A stretch of DNA of 56,551 nt, taken from positions 1-56,551 of IMG/VR virus record IMGVR_UViG_3300021138_001866; one strand, written 5' to 3'. Of this stretch, positions 19,230 to 31,103 are shown piece after piece (positions within the stretch are counted from its first letter, which is position 1; every line of letters begins with the position of its first letter). This DNA comes from a virus (Duplodnaviria; Caudoviricetes). The notes under the pieces are model-generated. The model was given only the letters and a program-made list of their open reading frames with translations. It did not search any database and was not told the DNA's origin. The position numbers were made by a program, and so were the translations under genes.

Positions 19230-19733
19230 TTACCAAACTTTGTTGTAGTCTACTACTTCGCTTTGACGGCTAATGTCTTTGACAAAGTAAGCACACATAG
19301 GACCGTCCACACCTTCTTCTAGGGGTACTGCTAACATCTGTCCAGGTTTTAGTTTGGGAAAATACCATTTGACATCTTGGTAAATGTCCACAATTTCTAC
19401 AGGATAAAAATCTGGACGAAAACTGGTTTTAGGATTAAAGGCAAAGGCCGAGAACCCACGATCATTGATGCTTGTCAATGGAATGACTTCTAGGTCGCCC
19501 ATGTCTTTTTCACCAATTAAAATTTGCCAATCCACTGGCATTTTAATCACGTGATTACCAATCTTTAATACCAATGCCGGACTATTAAAAGATTCCATAA
19601 AGATCAACGGAATATAAAAGTAATCAGGTTCTTTAGGATTGCTATTATCTAATACACAGAAATTAAGTTCGTCAATTTCATTAGGTATTTCGTTCATTTC
19701 GTAACTACGATTTTCAAGTGTTAATATACGAAT
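19230..19733 (-). CDS. Hypothetical beta-rich protein, probably with an ATT start
   Basis: Frame is open 12 codons upstream of the ATG at 19697; GGAG lies 7 nt before the ATT at 19733. Confidence 0.6.
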   Translation of the reverse strand: MRILTLENRSYEMNEIPNEIDELNFCVLDNSNPKEPDYFYIPLIFMESFNSPALVLKIGNHVIKMPVDWQILIGEKDMGDLEVIPLTSINDRGFSAFAFNPKTSFRPDFYPVEIVDIYQDVKWYFPKLKPGQMLAVPLEEGVDGPMCAYFVKDISRQSEVVDYNKVW

Positions 19734-19887
19734 TTTGATTCTCCAATATTTTTAGTAGTATAACAGATTATACAAAGTAGATGCAACCTAATTAGATATC
19801 TTTTAATAAATTGATACTAAATAAGGGTGTAGTTCGCGATCCTGGCAGATCCAACTACTCTAACACTTGAAAAGGAAGTATCAGCAA

Positions 19888-20433
19888 ATGTATTTACACT
19901 ATTACATATATGCCTATATAAGAAAAGACGGTACACCGTATTACATCGGCAAGGGCAAAGGTACAAGAGCTTGGTCAAAAGCTCATTCTGTCACAGTTCC
20001 AAAAGATCAATCCCGTATTATCTTACTTGAAACAAAGTTAACCGAAGTTGGTGCATTGGCATTAGAGCGTCGGTTGATTGCCTGGCACGGCAGAAAAGAT
20101 TTAGGCACAGGCCGTTTACTAAACAGGACCGACGGCGGCGAAGGTGTTGCAGGCTTTAAAAGAACAAACCCTGTTTGGAATAAAGGACTTAAAGGAGTAT
20201 ATACACAATCAGAAGAATCTAATGTCAAGAGATCACTGGCATTAAAAGGATGTGTTTCGCCCAATAAGGATAATTACGGAGAATTAAATCCATTTTATGG
20301 AAGAAAACACTCTGAAGAAACTATACAAAAAATTAAAGAAAAAACAAAAGGTAGGATTCCTTGGAATAAAGGATTAAAAGGTTCACAAGTGGCGTGGAAT
20401 AAAGGATTAAAACTAAAATCTACATCCAATTAA
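19888..20433 (+). CDS. GIY-YIG homing endonuclease with NUMOD3-like DNA-binding repeats
   Basis: [37 protein letters not shown] and three WNKG repeats. Confidence 0.85.
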   Translation: MYLHYYIYAYIRKDGTPYYIGKGKGTRAWSKAHSVTVPKDQSRIILLETKLTEVGALALERRLIAWHGRKDLGTGRLLNRTDGGEGVAGFKRTNPVWNKGLKGVYTQSEESNVKRSLALKGCVSPNKDNYGELNPFYGRKHSEETIQKIKEKTKGRIPWNKGLKGSQVAWNKGLKLKSTSN

Positions 20434-21877
20434 CTTTTTCTATAGAAATTGGGTATCCGGCCTCAGCATAAAATTTCTTACGTACTGTTAGATGTCGTTT
20501 AGCGAATTTACAAGTACTAGTTATATCGTAAATGTTAACAAAGTCCTTATCTTCTGCTTTTCTTAATCCACGCCCGATACTCTGGATGACCCTAACAAAG
20601 CTCTTTCCCGGCTCAAGCATGATTACATTAAAAAGTCGAGGAACGTTAATACCCACAGCAGCAACACCATACGTGCAAACCAAAATTTTATCATCACTTG
20701 TAGCAACATCATCATATTCATCTTTTCTCGCCTTTGCTTTGGTACTGCCCGACACAAACACAGCCCTGTCGCCCAGTCGTTCTAACAGTAACTTTCCTGT
20801 GGCAATACGATCTACAAGTATAAGAGTATTACCAGTTTCATTTACCGACTGTATCAGTTGAGATAGATAGTCTAATCTACCCGCAGTTTCAGTCAAGTAT
20901 TTAAGTTCGCTTTGATAATCTCGGTATTCTACATGATCTATTAACTGTACTATATTTACATGACAGTTGGCCAGGTGTCCGGCTTCTTGAAGTTCTGATG
21001 CACTTAGTTTTCCCACTACACTACCTAGACTACAAAAGATACTGGTACGTTCATAATCTTCTTTAGGTATAGTTCCAGTTAATCCCCAGCGTATTGGTAC
21101 GTGACCAAACACCCCAGTTAATAGTGTTTTAAGTGCATCAGCCTTGGCCATGTGTACTTCGTCCACCATGACCAACACTACGTCTTCAATAAATTGGCCA
21201 ATGGAGACATCAGCCTCTGCTGACTTTGTATTCTTTAACAAAATGTTTAAACTTTGCCAAGTACAGATGGTATGCGTTCGCCCAAACTCCTTACGGTCTC
21301 CAAAATAAACACCCACATCCAATCCCAAGTTACGATAATCATCTTCTGTTTGTGTTACTAGGCTTTTGTTGGGCACAATAACAATGCTGCGACCATACTG
21401 TTCTACACTCTTACTCAATGCCGCGGTCATGATAGTTTTACCAGCACCTGTGGCTATTTCTTGTACGCTCTGCGGATTTTTTAAGAAGTTGTTGATGATC
21501 TCAACTTGATAATCACGGAACACAATAGGCTCACTGGCTCGAGGATGTCCCGCAGGCCAAGTTTGGTCACTAAACGAATCTTCTTGAAATTCTGTAAACT
21601 CAAACTGTGTTTGATAGTCACGAACATCCTCCAGCTCAACATCATATCCTTGAGATTCCAGGATGGGCAAGATGTCTGGTAACAGATTCACATAACTGGT
21701 GCCACTCAATTGAAAGAACGCAACCTTGCCGTCCCATCGACCTAATCTCACCGCGGGTTGATATCTAGCACCGGGTATTTCAAACTTGAATCTATCTACT
21801 AATTTTTTACGTGTGGCCAGATCAAGACCTTCGATCTTGATATTGACTTCATCGCGTATCACCAGTTTAGCTTTCAA
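20420..21877 (-). CDS. uvsW: SF2 DNA helicase, UvsW-like
   Basis: [26 protein letters not shown]. Confidence 0.85.
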   Translation of the reverse strand: MKAKLVIRDEVNIKIEGLDLATRKKLVDRFKFEIPGARYQPAVRLGRWDGKVAFFQLSGTSYVNLLPDILPILESQGYDVELEDVRDYQTQFEFTEFQEDSFSDQTWPAGHPRASEPIVFRDYQVEIINNFLKNPQSVQEIATGAGKTIMTAALSKSVEQYGRSIVIVPNKSLVTQTEDDYRNLGLDVGVYFGDRKEFGRTHTICTWQSLNILLKNTKSAEADVSIGQFIEDVVLVMVDEVHMAKADALKTLLTGVFGHVPIRWGLTGTIPKEDYERTSIFCSLGSVVGKLSASELQEAGHLANCHVNIVQLIDHVEYRDYQSELKYLTETAGRLDYLSQLIQSVNETGNTLILVDRIATGKLLLERLGDRAVFVSGSTKAKARKDEYDDVATSDDKILVCTYGVAAVGINVPRLFNVIMLEPGKSFVRVIQSIGRGLRKAEDKDFVNIYDITSTCKFAKRHLTVRKKFYAEAGYPISIEKVNWM

Positions 21878-23004
21878 ATATTTTTTACCTTGGAATTTAT
21901 TTTTTTATTATACACGTCTTGAGCACAGTATACAACCTTTTCAGCAGACTGTAACATCATTTGTTTGTCTCCACCAAACACCATGCCAGCACTGCTGATC
22001 AGTAGTGGAATTGTTTTTAGATTATGCACAGGTTTGATAGTATGTATGTATTTACCCTCTAGATCGTCTCCGTATCTATTACGTAATTTAGTTAGCATAC
22101 GACCGCTAAGGTCAGGCTCATATACAACCACCGGCCAACGTTGCAGAGCATCTGCATAGTCTAACACGCTGCCAAAATCGTTGCCCTGTACCAGAGTATT
22201 AGGATTAATTTTAATTTCTCTATTAGACAACAGGTTATAGAACCTGGGACCGTATTCGTTGATTACAGCATCGGCTAGGTCTTTGTTAATTGTATAACCC
22301 AGTATACTACTGTAATCCATTAATTGTAAAAGATTGCCGTGGTCGAATCCGCCTAGAAAATCTTGTATGTAGTCTAATAAACTATTTTCTGCATTAGCAA
22401 TAGTAAGTCTATTGTTGGCGAATTGCAGTTCTATTGCGTATCTTGACTGTTCCACTTGATTTAATTTGAGCATTAGTTCTTGTACTGCTGGGTCTATTTC
22501 AAATTTTTTCACAGTTGCCCAGGCATATAGCCAACTTAGATTATATTCGGTTAAGGCCACAGCCCATACTTTTTGGTCGCGATCCCACTGTGCAGGTCCT
22601 TGGCTTTCGCGACTAAAGGTTTTAATTGCATCGACCATTTCTTTGTTGAAAGGAAATTGTACTATTAACCGATCATCGATTATCCTGAGACTCTGCGTAT
22701 AATCCATTTTGCGTAATGGTATGCGCCACTTGGCATCGCGAACTGGTGTTACATCTATGCCCAATGCAGATAACTGCCGTGTGTAGTTTAATATAATTTT
22801 ACAAAGTAATTGAGCCTGTTTTTCAGTCAAGGCCTGGTTATTGGTAACAGAATTGGTCATGCTATCTAAGACCTGAACATCATATCTGGCTAAATTAATA
22901 ATAGGGTTAAATTCTAAATACCAAGTGCCAGCTTGTCCGGTCACTGGATTGCGATGACCGGCAATAACTTCCAAATAGTCTTCAACGTAGGTAAAAGTCT
23001 TCAT
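21874..23004 (-). CDS. Hypothetical protein
   Basis: 376-aa ORF coupled to uvsW. Confidence 0.65.
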   Translation of the reverse strand: MKTFTYVEDYLEVIAGHRNPVTGQAGTWYLEFNPIINLARYDVQVLDSMTNSVTNNQALTEKQAQLLCKIILNYTRQLSALGIDVTPVRDAKWRIPLRKMDYTQSLRIIDDRLIVQFPFNKEMVDAIKTFSRESQGPAQWDRDQKVWAVALTEYNLSWLYAWATVKKFEIDPAVQELMLKLNQVEQSRYAIELQFANNRLTIANAENSLLDYIQDFLGGFDHGNLLQLMDYSSILGYTINKDLADAVINEYGPRFYNLLSNREIKINPNTLVQGNDFGSVLDYADALQRWPVVVYEPDLSGRMLTKLRNRYGDDLEGKYIHTIKPVHNLKTIPLLISSAGMVFGGDKQMMLQSAEKVVYCAQDVYNKKINSKVKNI

Positions 23005-23031
23005 AGTATATTATAACAGAAGTAATTGAAT

Positions 23032-23058
23032 AAAAAAAGCCCTACAGTTAAGTAGGGC
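23032..23058 (-). terminator. Rho-independent terminator
   Basis: GCCCTAC/GTAGGGC stem plus U-run. Confidence 0.75.
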
Positions 23059-23102
23059 CGGAAAAACTGTGACTCAGGAGCTAGAGAGAATCACAGCAAT
23101 AC

Positions 23103-23279
23103 TCATTGAAGGCGCTGACGCCAAAACACAAAATTAAGTACAATGATACTAAAACTAAACAAGGCCTCTGTGTATTGATTGGCACCAATACCGTTTAACA
23201 TATCTAATGTCATAAACCCGATTAAAAACCAAGTTATGTTTGAATAGTTTTTTGAATACCAAGCATTAAATCGATTCAT
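23103..23279 (-). CDS. Small membrane protein (58 aa)
   Basis: Manual translation MNRFNAWYSKNYSNITWFLIGFMTL...FSFSIIVLNFVFWRQRLQ; ATGA overlap with the upstream gene. Confidence 0.6.
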   Translation of the reverse strand: MNRFNAWYSKNYSNITWFLIGFMTLDMLNGIGANQYTEALFSFSIIVLNFVFWRQRLQ

Positions 23280-23557
23280 TTTTGAACTCCAAAATGTTGT
23301 TGAATCTTACCGATACATTTGAGTATGCCATTCTTTTGTCCCACTCTGATGCCAGTGGCTCTTGGATCACGGAATGGATCATCGTCGGCAACGGATTCTG
23401 CGTTTAACTCATACCATTCCTGCTTACATTCCGTGATACATTCTGCTACAATCAACTGGGCAAACCGTTCAACAAATTCTGGTGGAATATGAAACGGTTC
23501 TCCTTGTCCAGCCTGTCTAGCAAGTTGTCGAATCTTTTCGTTCATAGTATTCTCCAA
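23276..23557 (-). CDS. Hypothetical phage protein
   Basis: MNEKIRQLARQAG...FAQLIVAEC...HFGV pattern common in phage small ORFs. Confidence 0.6.
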   Translation of the reverse strand: MENTMNEKIRQLARQAGQGEPFHIPPEFVERFAQLIVAECITECKQEWYELNAESVADDDPFRDPRATGIRVGQKNGILKCIGKIQQHFGVQK

Positions 23558-23569
23558 AAAAGACTGCTG

Positions 23570-24616
23570 TTACACAGTCTTCATACAAGTTACTTCAGCC
23601 ATTGACTTCCACTTTAACGGAAAGCTCTTACGCAAGTCTGCGATCTTGATCGCCATACGCAAGCTCATTTCACGGAACTTGGTCTTGTTAGTTTCCATAA
23701 ACTCAATAATCTCATCTTGAACAACTGGTTCAAAATCGTAGTCGGCAAACAGTGCTCCATCTTGTGCGATTTGCTTGATACGCAGGACCTTGTCTCTCAT
23801 GGTGTCTAATGTCAAATCCAAATAGTGACAACGACTCTGTAGTGCTTCCAAGTGATCACGCAACTTCTGACTCTTCATAGTGTCGAATTTGAGGTTAGTG
23901 ATAAAAATTACTGAACCCTTGAACTCAAAACTGTCAGGAACGCCTTCACGTCTCAGCATATTACTGTCACTCAACCACGAAATCTTACGTTTCTTACCAG
24001 AGTCTAATGCACCCTTGAGCAAGTTTAAACTCACATCATCAACTAAGATTGAATCGCAGTCATCAAATACTAATACACAATTTGGATCTGAATACTTGTA
24101 AAGTGTGCAGTATAAACCTAACGCAGTAGAACTACCTTTAACAACTTCGGCACGTAGACGCTTACCAGCAACTTGATCAAACAAACAGGCCTTCTCAACA
24201 ATACGCTCTACACCAAAACTTTTACCAACTCCTGGAGGACCTGACACAATCATTGCACGGATGTCACCGTTAGTAGCGGCAGTGGTCATTTCGTCCAAGA
24301 TCTCAAAACGAGTACGAATACGCTCAATAGCCTGTTCGTCTGACTCTTTGGCTGTTTCTAATGCCACTGCTTCGGCAACCGGTGTATTACCTGCGTCAGC
24401 AAACTCTTGTTCGCTCACAAATTCATAATCACTCATTGCATCAACTTTAACACGGATATCTTCAGGGAAACCAGGAAAACGACCGCCATTTTTTACAGTC
24501 ACATAACCACCTTTGGCAGTATTTTTGTACTGCTCAACTAATTGAAAAACTTGACCGCTTACGTCTGAAGTACGATAAGCACCTGTTTTAATACGGATAA
24601 AAGATATGTTACTCAT
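23570..24616 (-). CDS. AAA-family ATPase
   Basis: Walker A GPPGVGKS, Walker B LVFDD, IFITN, SRC. Confidence 0.8.
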   Translation of the reverse strand: MSNISFIRIKTGAYRTSDVSGQVFQLVEQYKNTAKGGYVTVKNGGRFPGFPEDIRVKVDAMSDYEFVSEQEFADAGNTPVAEAVALETAKESDEQAIERIRTRFEILDEMTTAATNGDIRAMIVSGPPGVGKSFGVERIVEKACLFDQVAGKRLRAEVVKGSSTALGLYCTLYKYSDPNCVLVFDDCDSILVDDVSLNLLKGALDSGKKRKISWLSDSNMLRREGVPDSFEFKGSVIFITNLKFDTMKSQKLRDHLEALQSRCHYLDLTLDTMRDKVLRIKQIAQDGALFADYDFEPVVQDEIIEFMETNKTKFREMSLRMAIKIADLRKSFPLKWKSMAEVTCMKTV

Positions 24617-24646
24617 TTTAGCTCCTACTTTTGTTAATATACATAT

Positions 24647-24675
24647 ATTATAGCAAATATGGAATTATGGGTCAA
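24647..24675 (-). promoter_or_regulatory. Early sigma70-type promoter
   Basis: TTGACC-17nt-TATAAT with extended -10 TG. Confidence 0.75.
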
Positions 24676-24705
24676 CCGCCCATTTTGTCTGTTGTTTTTT
24701 TACAA

Positions 24706-24885
24706 CTAGGAATTTACTGTGTTAAACGGGCTGAATTCGTCGATGTAAACACGGGTTCGGTTAGTGACCACTAACTTTGCACGATGCTCTGCTTCTTCGG
24801 CGTAATCCTGTTCTATCCCGTTAATCCAAAGATCGTACTCTTGATCTATTGGAAATGCTGACTCATACTCTTTATTGATAATCAT
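24706..24885 (-). CDS. Small hypothetical protein
   Basis: 59 aa from ATG 24885 after AAGGAAG. Confidence 0.5.
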   Translation of the reverse strand: MIINKEYESAFPIDQEYDLWINGIEQDYAEEAEHRAKLVVTNRTRVYIDEFSPFNTVNS

Positions 24886-25336
24886 AGTAATAACTTCCTT
24901 TTGTGCCAACTGCTGATTGATAAGAATTGATATAGTCGATAGCGTCAACGATTTGGTATGCTCTAACATCGTGTTCAGCATATCCTTCGTATAACATCAG
25001 TAAATAACCGTCGTTGGGCAATGAGTCGGGATGACCTTCGACCATATAGTAAGTTATGGCATCAACTTTGTTGCCCTCTTGATCCGTGACTGTGACTGTT
25101 TTACGATCATAGTAAGTAGGATAGCCTTCTAATCTGTCCAAACTCTCAAGACATTGATCAGTTATTTCCCATAATACTCCGTGTGCCACACCGCCGGGCG
25201 ATTCTACAATGTCAGCGTGAGTAGCAAATCTAAATTCGTAATCTTCAAGTTGGGCAGGCCCCAGGCTACGAGCCTGCGGGCACCTATATGCCATTTCTGA
25301 AGAATTAGTATTCATACCATAAGCAAAATATTTCAT
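24872..25336 (-). CDS. Gamma-glutamylcyclotransferase (GGCT/AIG2-like) family protein
   Basis: YFAYGMN...GVLWEI...LDRLEGYP..Y. Confidence 0.85.
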   Translation of the reverse strand: MKYFAYGMNTNSSEMAYRCPQARSLGPAQLEDYEFRFATHADIVESPGGVAHGVLWEITDQCLESLDRLEGYPTYYDRKTVTVTDQEGNKVDAITYYMVEGHPDSLPNDGYLLMLYEGYAEHDVRAYQIVDAIDYINSYQSAVGTKGSYYYDYQ

Positions 25337-25345
25337 AATACAAGT

Positions 25346-25374
25346 ATTATAGCAGTATTTGAATTATTGGTCAA
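25346..25374 (-). promoter_or_regulatory. Early sigma70-type promoter
   Basis: TTGACC-17nt-TATAAT with extended -10 TG. Confidence 0.75.
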
Positions 25375-25376
25375 AT

Positions 25377-25398
25377 AAAAAGCCCACTACAGTGGGCT
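25377..25398 (-). terminator. Rho-independent terminator
   Basis: AGCCCAC/GTGGGCT stem plus U-run. Confidence 0.7.
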
Positions 25399-25419
25399 TG
25401 TAGGTTAGTGTAGACTAAC

Positions 25420-25716
25420 TTATTCTGCGGGTGGAGTCCAAACCGGAGTAGCAGAAATTGCGGCTTTAACAGCATTGATTTGATCTGCATTCATCTGCAT
25501 AATTCCGTCGCCTTCGGCAAACTTAATTAGTTCGCCTTGTGTGTTAATTTCAAACAAAACTGGCTGAATTGTTAAATTGTTCTGTGTTAAAATTTCTTGT
25601 GCGCTGGGTTCTGTGTCTGTATACCAATGTTCAACGGTTATCCCATTATTTTGTAACCAAGTTAATACTTCACCGATGTGATCGCCTTGTGTGCTGAGTC
25701 CGTATAAACGTATCAT
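25420..25716 (-). CDS. Glutaredoxin/NrdH-fold-like protein without CxxC
   Basis: Start at 25716 after AGGAG; pattern IRLYG...WLQNNGI...QPVLF; no cysteine. Confidence 0.4.
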   Translation of the reverse strand: MIRLYGLSTQGDHIGEVLTWLQNNGITVEHWYTDTEPSAQEILTQNNLTIQPVLFEINTQGELIKFAEGDGIMQMNADQINAVKAAISATPVWTPPAE

Positions 25717-25746
25717 TGTAATTCTCCTAATATACAAATATTTATG

Positions 25747-25789
25747 AAAAAACCCGCCAAAGTGTGCATCGTTGAGAGGCATGGCGGGT
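25747..25789 (-). terminator. Terminator downstream of groEL
   Basis: ACCCGCCA/TGGCGGGT stem plus U-run. Confidence 0.6.
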
Positions 25790-25812
25790 GTGTCACTAAT
25801 ACTTAGTTACAA

Positions 25813-27734
<1,922 letters not shown>

Positions 27735-27826
27735 GATCTCCTTTTAAAATGAATAAATTTAAGTTTTTTATTGTACTACAGAAATTGTCAGCAAGTCAAT
27801 ACTCTGCTGACAAAAATATTTATCTC

Positions 27827-28594
27827 TTAGAAATATTGGCAATTGGGTCTAGGAAAATAACATTCATTGTACTGTAAGGGTTTTATTTTGATTGTTTCCA
27901 GCACTGTATCTTTGCCCAGTCCCATGGCTAAACTGTACACAAAATTTTGATTTGCCATAATCATATCTGCTCCAGCCACGATTCCGGCTAGTTGTAAAAA
28001 ATCAGTAACCGGACGATAGGGAATGCGTTGTCTTGCAACACGTTCAAAATCTGCATGTTCTTTTTCTGTGCCAACAAATACTGCTGTTTTAGAAAGATCG
28101 ATATCTCGAACCATATCATACCAAACGCTGTCACCGTTAGGATCTCTATAACGGAAGGTGCGACTGATTACAATGGGTGCTAGTTCAATTGGATCAGCTT
28201 CTAACCACACAGTATTATAGTCATCAGCAGTAAATGGTATATTAAACGCCCTATGATACGCTTCTACATAGTTGCCTTCAAAGCCGCGAAATAGTGTGCC
28301 ACGGAACCGATCTAAATCAACATCAGGTTCAGGAGTACCCTGAGTCCATGTGCCTACATCGGCAATGTAACTTTGATGTTGAAGTAAAGGTCGTAGCCAT
28401 TCGTAGTCTTGAAATGTAAAGCGACCTTTATGTGCTGGATCTACTTCTTCGGGACGATATCCGTATTGTGCCACACAGTTTTCAATGTTGTTTAGTGCAA
28501 CCAGGAAATGAGCATTGTTGTTTGACATCTTTTTTACAATGCTTAGGCTATAGATAAGGTCGCCTAATGTACCTGAGTGTTTATAAGTATTCAT
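27827..28594 (-). CDS. GT9-like glycosyltransferase
   Basis: GTLGDLI N-terminal motif; FVGT..E, LA.IV.GAD..MAN C-terminal pattern. Confidence 0.55.
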   Translation of the reverse strand: MNTYKHSGTLGDLIYSLSIVKKMSNNNAHFLVALNNIENCVAQYGYRPEEVDPAHKGRFTFQDYEWLRPLLQHQSYIADVGTWTQGTPEPDVDLDRFRGTLFRGFEGNYVEAYHRAFNIPFTADDYNTVWLEADPIELAPIVISRTFRYRDPNGDSVWYDMVRDIDLSKTAVFVGTEKEHADFERVARQRIPYRPVTDFLQLAGIVAGADMIMANQNFVYSLAMGLGKDTVLETIKIKPLQYNECYFPRPNCQYF

Positions 28595-29387
28595 TGATTT
28601 TTGATTTGTGTATTAGTATTAGATCTGGAATTACCTGGTCAATTTTAGCAGGTTCTAGGGTTTTAGGATCAAACGCCAGATAACCAATCTGTTCAATTAT
28701 ATCAAATTGATGTTGATTTTCAGCGTGTGTGTAATTTGCAAACCACTCCATGAATATAACTGGGCGTATGCGGTCAATAAACTCTCTGCTGGAATCTAAG
28801 ATGCTGACATCATGTCCTTCTGTATCAGTTTTAATAAAACTAATATTATCTATTTCTACATCAGATAGATATTTTTTGCAGATACTGGCCAAGGTTAGTC
28901 CTTCTACTTTTATTGACTGTGTGCTGATCTGGCCCATGCGTCGTTGTAGCTCGTTACTCCAGCTATCGTCAATAATACCACCATTTAATAATCCATTGTT
29001 ATGATCAAAAATTTCTATTTCTGCTATATTGTCTGTGGTAACTGCTTCCGCGGCTGTGATAAATTTACCTAAGTGTTTATTGGCTTCGGCATTCATATCT
29101 AGCACTTGTTTATTTGACGGTATAGGTTCAATGGCCAATACTGTTCCTTGTGCTAGATATTGCATAGGTATAATGGTATCGCCGGTGTGTGCGCCAATGT
29201 CAATAACAGTTGAACCAGGCTGTATAAATCTATGCCAATTATTGTCGGCTAAGAAGAAACTAAAATGTTCAAGATAACTGTTACCACCATGACTAGCCGG
29301 ATGATCTGTGTCAAAATAGGTAACATCAGCGTTGGGCAGGGTTAATCTAAAAACTCGTCGGCCATTTTGTATATCTATTGTTTCCAT
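28581..29387 (-). CDS. FkbM-family SAM methyltransferase
   Basis: IDIGAHTG, AIEP, IKTDTEGHD. Confidence 0.88.
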   Translation of the reverse strand: METIDIQNGRRVFRLTLPNADVTYFDTDHPASHGGNSYLEHFSFFLADNNWHRFIQPGSTVIDIGAHTGDTIIPMQYLAQGTVLAIEPIPSNKQVLDMNAEANKHLGKFITAAEAVTTDNIAEIEIFDHNNGLLNGGIIDDSWSNELQRRMGQISTQSIKVEGLTLASICKKYLSDVEIDNISFIKTDTEGHDVSILDSSREFIDRIRPVIFMEWFANYTHAENQHQFDIIEQIGYLAFDPKTLEPAKIDQVIPDLILIHKSKINEYL

Positions 29388-30280
29388 TAATTATCTTTCA
29401 ATTGCAGTAATATTGCGTTGGCTATACTGTCTGTGTCAAAATTACCAGTACATGGGTAGTTGCCTTTTTCACAGACAATTTGTCTAATAGGTGTTACTTG
29501 TTGATCGTTACAGCCAGCACAATCTTCTAATGTTGGTATAGCTGTAGCATTCCAGTTGTTATCTAGTCGTCGATGTGGTATAATACGTTCAGGTCGTAGG
29601 TGTGTGAGTAGTGCCACAATATGTGTTTTACTTGCAGCCGCACATTGAAATGGTCCTGAATCTATTCCTACAAATGCCCGGGCATGATCACAAAGATATT
29701 TTATTTGTTGGCTGTTATATTTGTCTCTAGCATCAAAAAATAGTGGGTGATCAACATAGTGGTCAGTACTACCACCTACACATACCACATGGAAATCTGT
29801 TTTTTCTTCAAAAAGTCTAGCATATATTTCAAACCATACATCTAAATTGATATTTTTAGCACCCCAGTGCCAGTTACGCATATGAACTACAATGTATTTT
29901 GGTCCAATGTCCATCCTGTTTCGATCAACAATCTGCATATCTTCCACAGTGGGAAATAATTCTACACTTCGATTTAAAGTTGTAGTGCCAAATGCTCGAT
30001 AAAAATAACTGTCTACATAGTGATTCTTAGGATTTAATTCGTAAGCATCGTCAAGGTTAATGTAGACTTCATACTGCCGAACATCAACTCCGTCTACAGC
30101 AATGATATTGCGAACATGTGGATTATTACGATATACTTCAAAACAGTCTGTGGCTACATCTATGTTAGCATTGTTGCCATAACGCAGTTTTAATTCGCGA
30201 ACTACACCTGTGGTCATTATAACGTCACCGATTGCGGCACGTCGTTGCACTAATATGTTAATAGGTTGTTCAATCTTCAA
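29387..30280 (-). CDS. GT9 (heptosyltransferase-like) glycosyltransferase
   Basis: AIGDVIM, FVGIDSGP. Confidence 0.8.
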   Translation of the reverse strand: MKIEQPINILVQRRAAIGDVIMTTGVVRELKLRYGNNANIDVATDCFEVYRNNPHVRNIIAVDGVDVRQYEVYINLDDAYELNPKNHYVDSYFYRAFGTTTLNRSVELFPTVEDMQIVDRNRMDIGPKYIVVHMRNWHWGAKNINLDVWFEIYARLFEEKTDFHVVCVGGSTDHYVDHPLFFDARDKYNSQQIKYLCDHARAFVGIDSGPFQCAAASKTHIVALLTHLRPERIIPHRRLDNNWNATAIPTLEDCAGCNDQQVTPIRQIVCEKGNYPCTGNFDTDSIANAILLQLKDN

Positions 30281-30983
30281 TTGCTACTCCGTTTGGTCCA
30301 AGTAATCCACGTAATCCTACCGTGGGTCTTTGTACTATTAATTCTTCGGGCAAATAATAATACAGCATGTGTTCAATATCAAAGTACCCACCAGCATCTA
30401 ATCTCTGTGCCATGCCAACAAATCCACGTTGGTAACTGTCAACGATTTGATCTGTATGCTTGGCCGGCCATGACCAAAGTCTGCTCATAAATTGATATTC
30501 CATACCGTCTGTAACTTGTAGAGGGAATTGGCTAGTTTTTCTTTGTAATACCACAATGTTATCCGGAACTGTTTTGTAATAAGCAGGATCAAACTTTTCA
30601 GTCAATTGATAACGCCCAGACATTTTAAATATTCTATCAAACTGTTCAGGAATTCGTGCTTCCATCATCTGTGATAACAGTTCGCCAAATATCATTACTT
30701 CTGTAGTATTTTTTACAATGTCCCAGTTATCGGTACTGTGAAATATACCTTGTACTGCTTCGTTTTCGCTAAAATTGTAGTAATATTCTACTTGGGATTC
30801 TATAATAGCAATTTGAGTTTTGGTAGGTGGAAAGCCGCCCATCTCTACGACAGCAATACTGGCACCAGGACAGTATTTGCATATAGACGCAATACTGTCC
30901 AGTGTTTGCTGTAGTCGTTGTTCGTTTGAGTGTACGCCAAATTTGGTATTTAAGGCACTGGTTAGAATAAAGAGTGGTTTCAT
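30270..30983 (-). CDS. Putative glycosyltransferase-like protein
   Basis: RLQQT..SI, IFKMSGRY, DIEH motifs; glycosylation context. Confidence 0.45.
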   Translation of the reverse strand: MKPLFILTSALNTKFGVHSNEQRLQQTLDSIASICKYCPGASIAVVEMGGFPPTKTQIAIIESQVEYYYNFSENEAVQGIFHSTDNWDIVKNTTEVMIFGELLSQMMEARIPEQFDRIFKMSGRYQLTEKFDPAYYKTVPDNIVVLQRKTSQFPLQVTDGMEYQFMSRLWSWPAKHTDQIVDSYQRGFVGMAQRLDAGGYFDIEHMLYYYLPEELIVQRPTVGLRGLLGPNGVAIED

Positions 30984-31006
30984 TGAAGTTTTCTAATAGT
31001 CGAGTA

Positions 31007-31080
31007 TAGTATATTTAAGTTTGACTTAAAAGTCAATAAACTTTTTTATCATTGACATTTGTTTAGTGTAAATATATAAT
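31007..31080. promoter_or_regulatory. Divergent sigma70-type promoters
   Basis: Plus strand TTGACA-17nt-TATAAT at 31052-31080; minus strand TTGACT-17nt-TATACT with its -35 at about 31030-31035. Confidence 0.7.
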
Positions 31081-31103
31081 AATTCAACTATTACAGGACT
31101 TCA

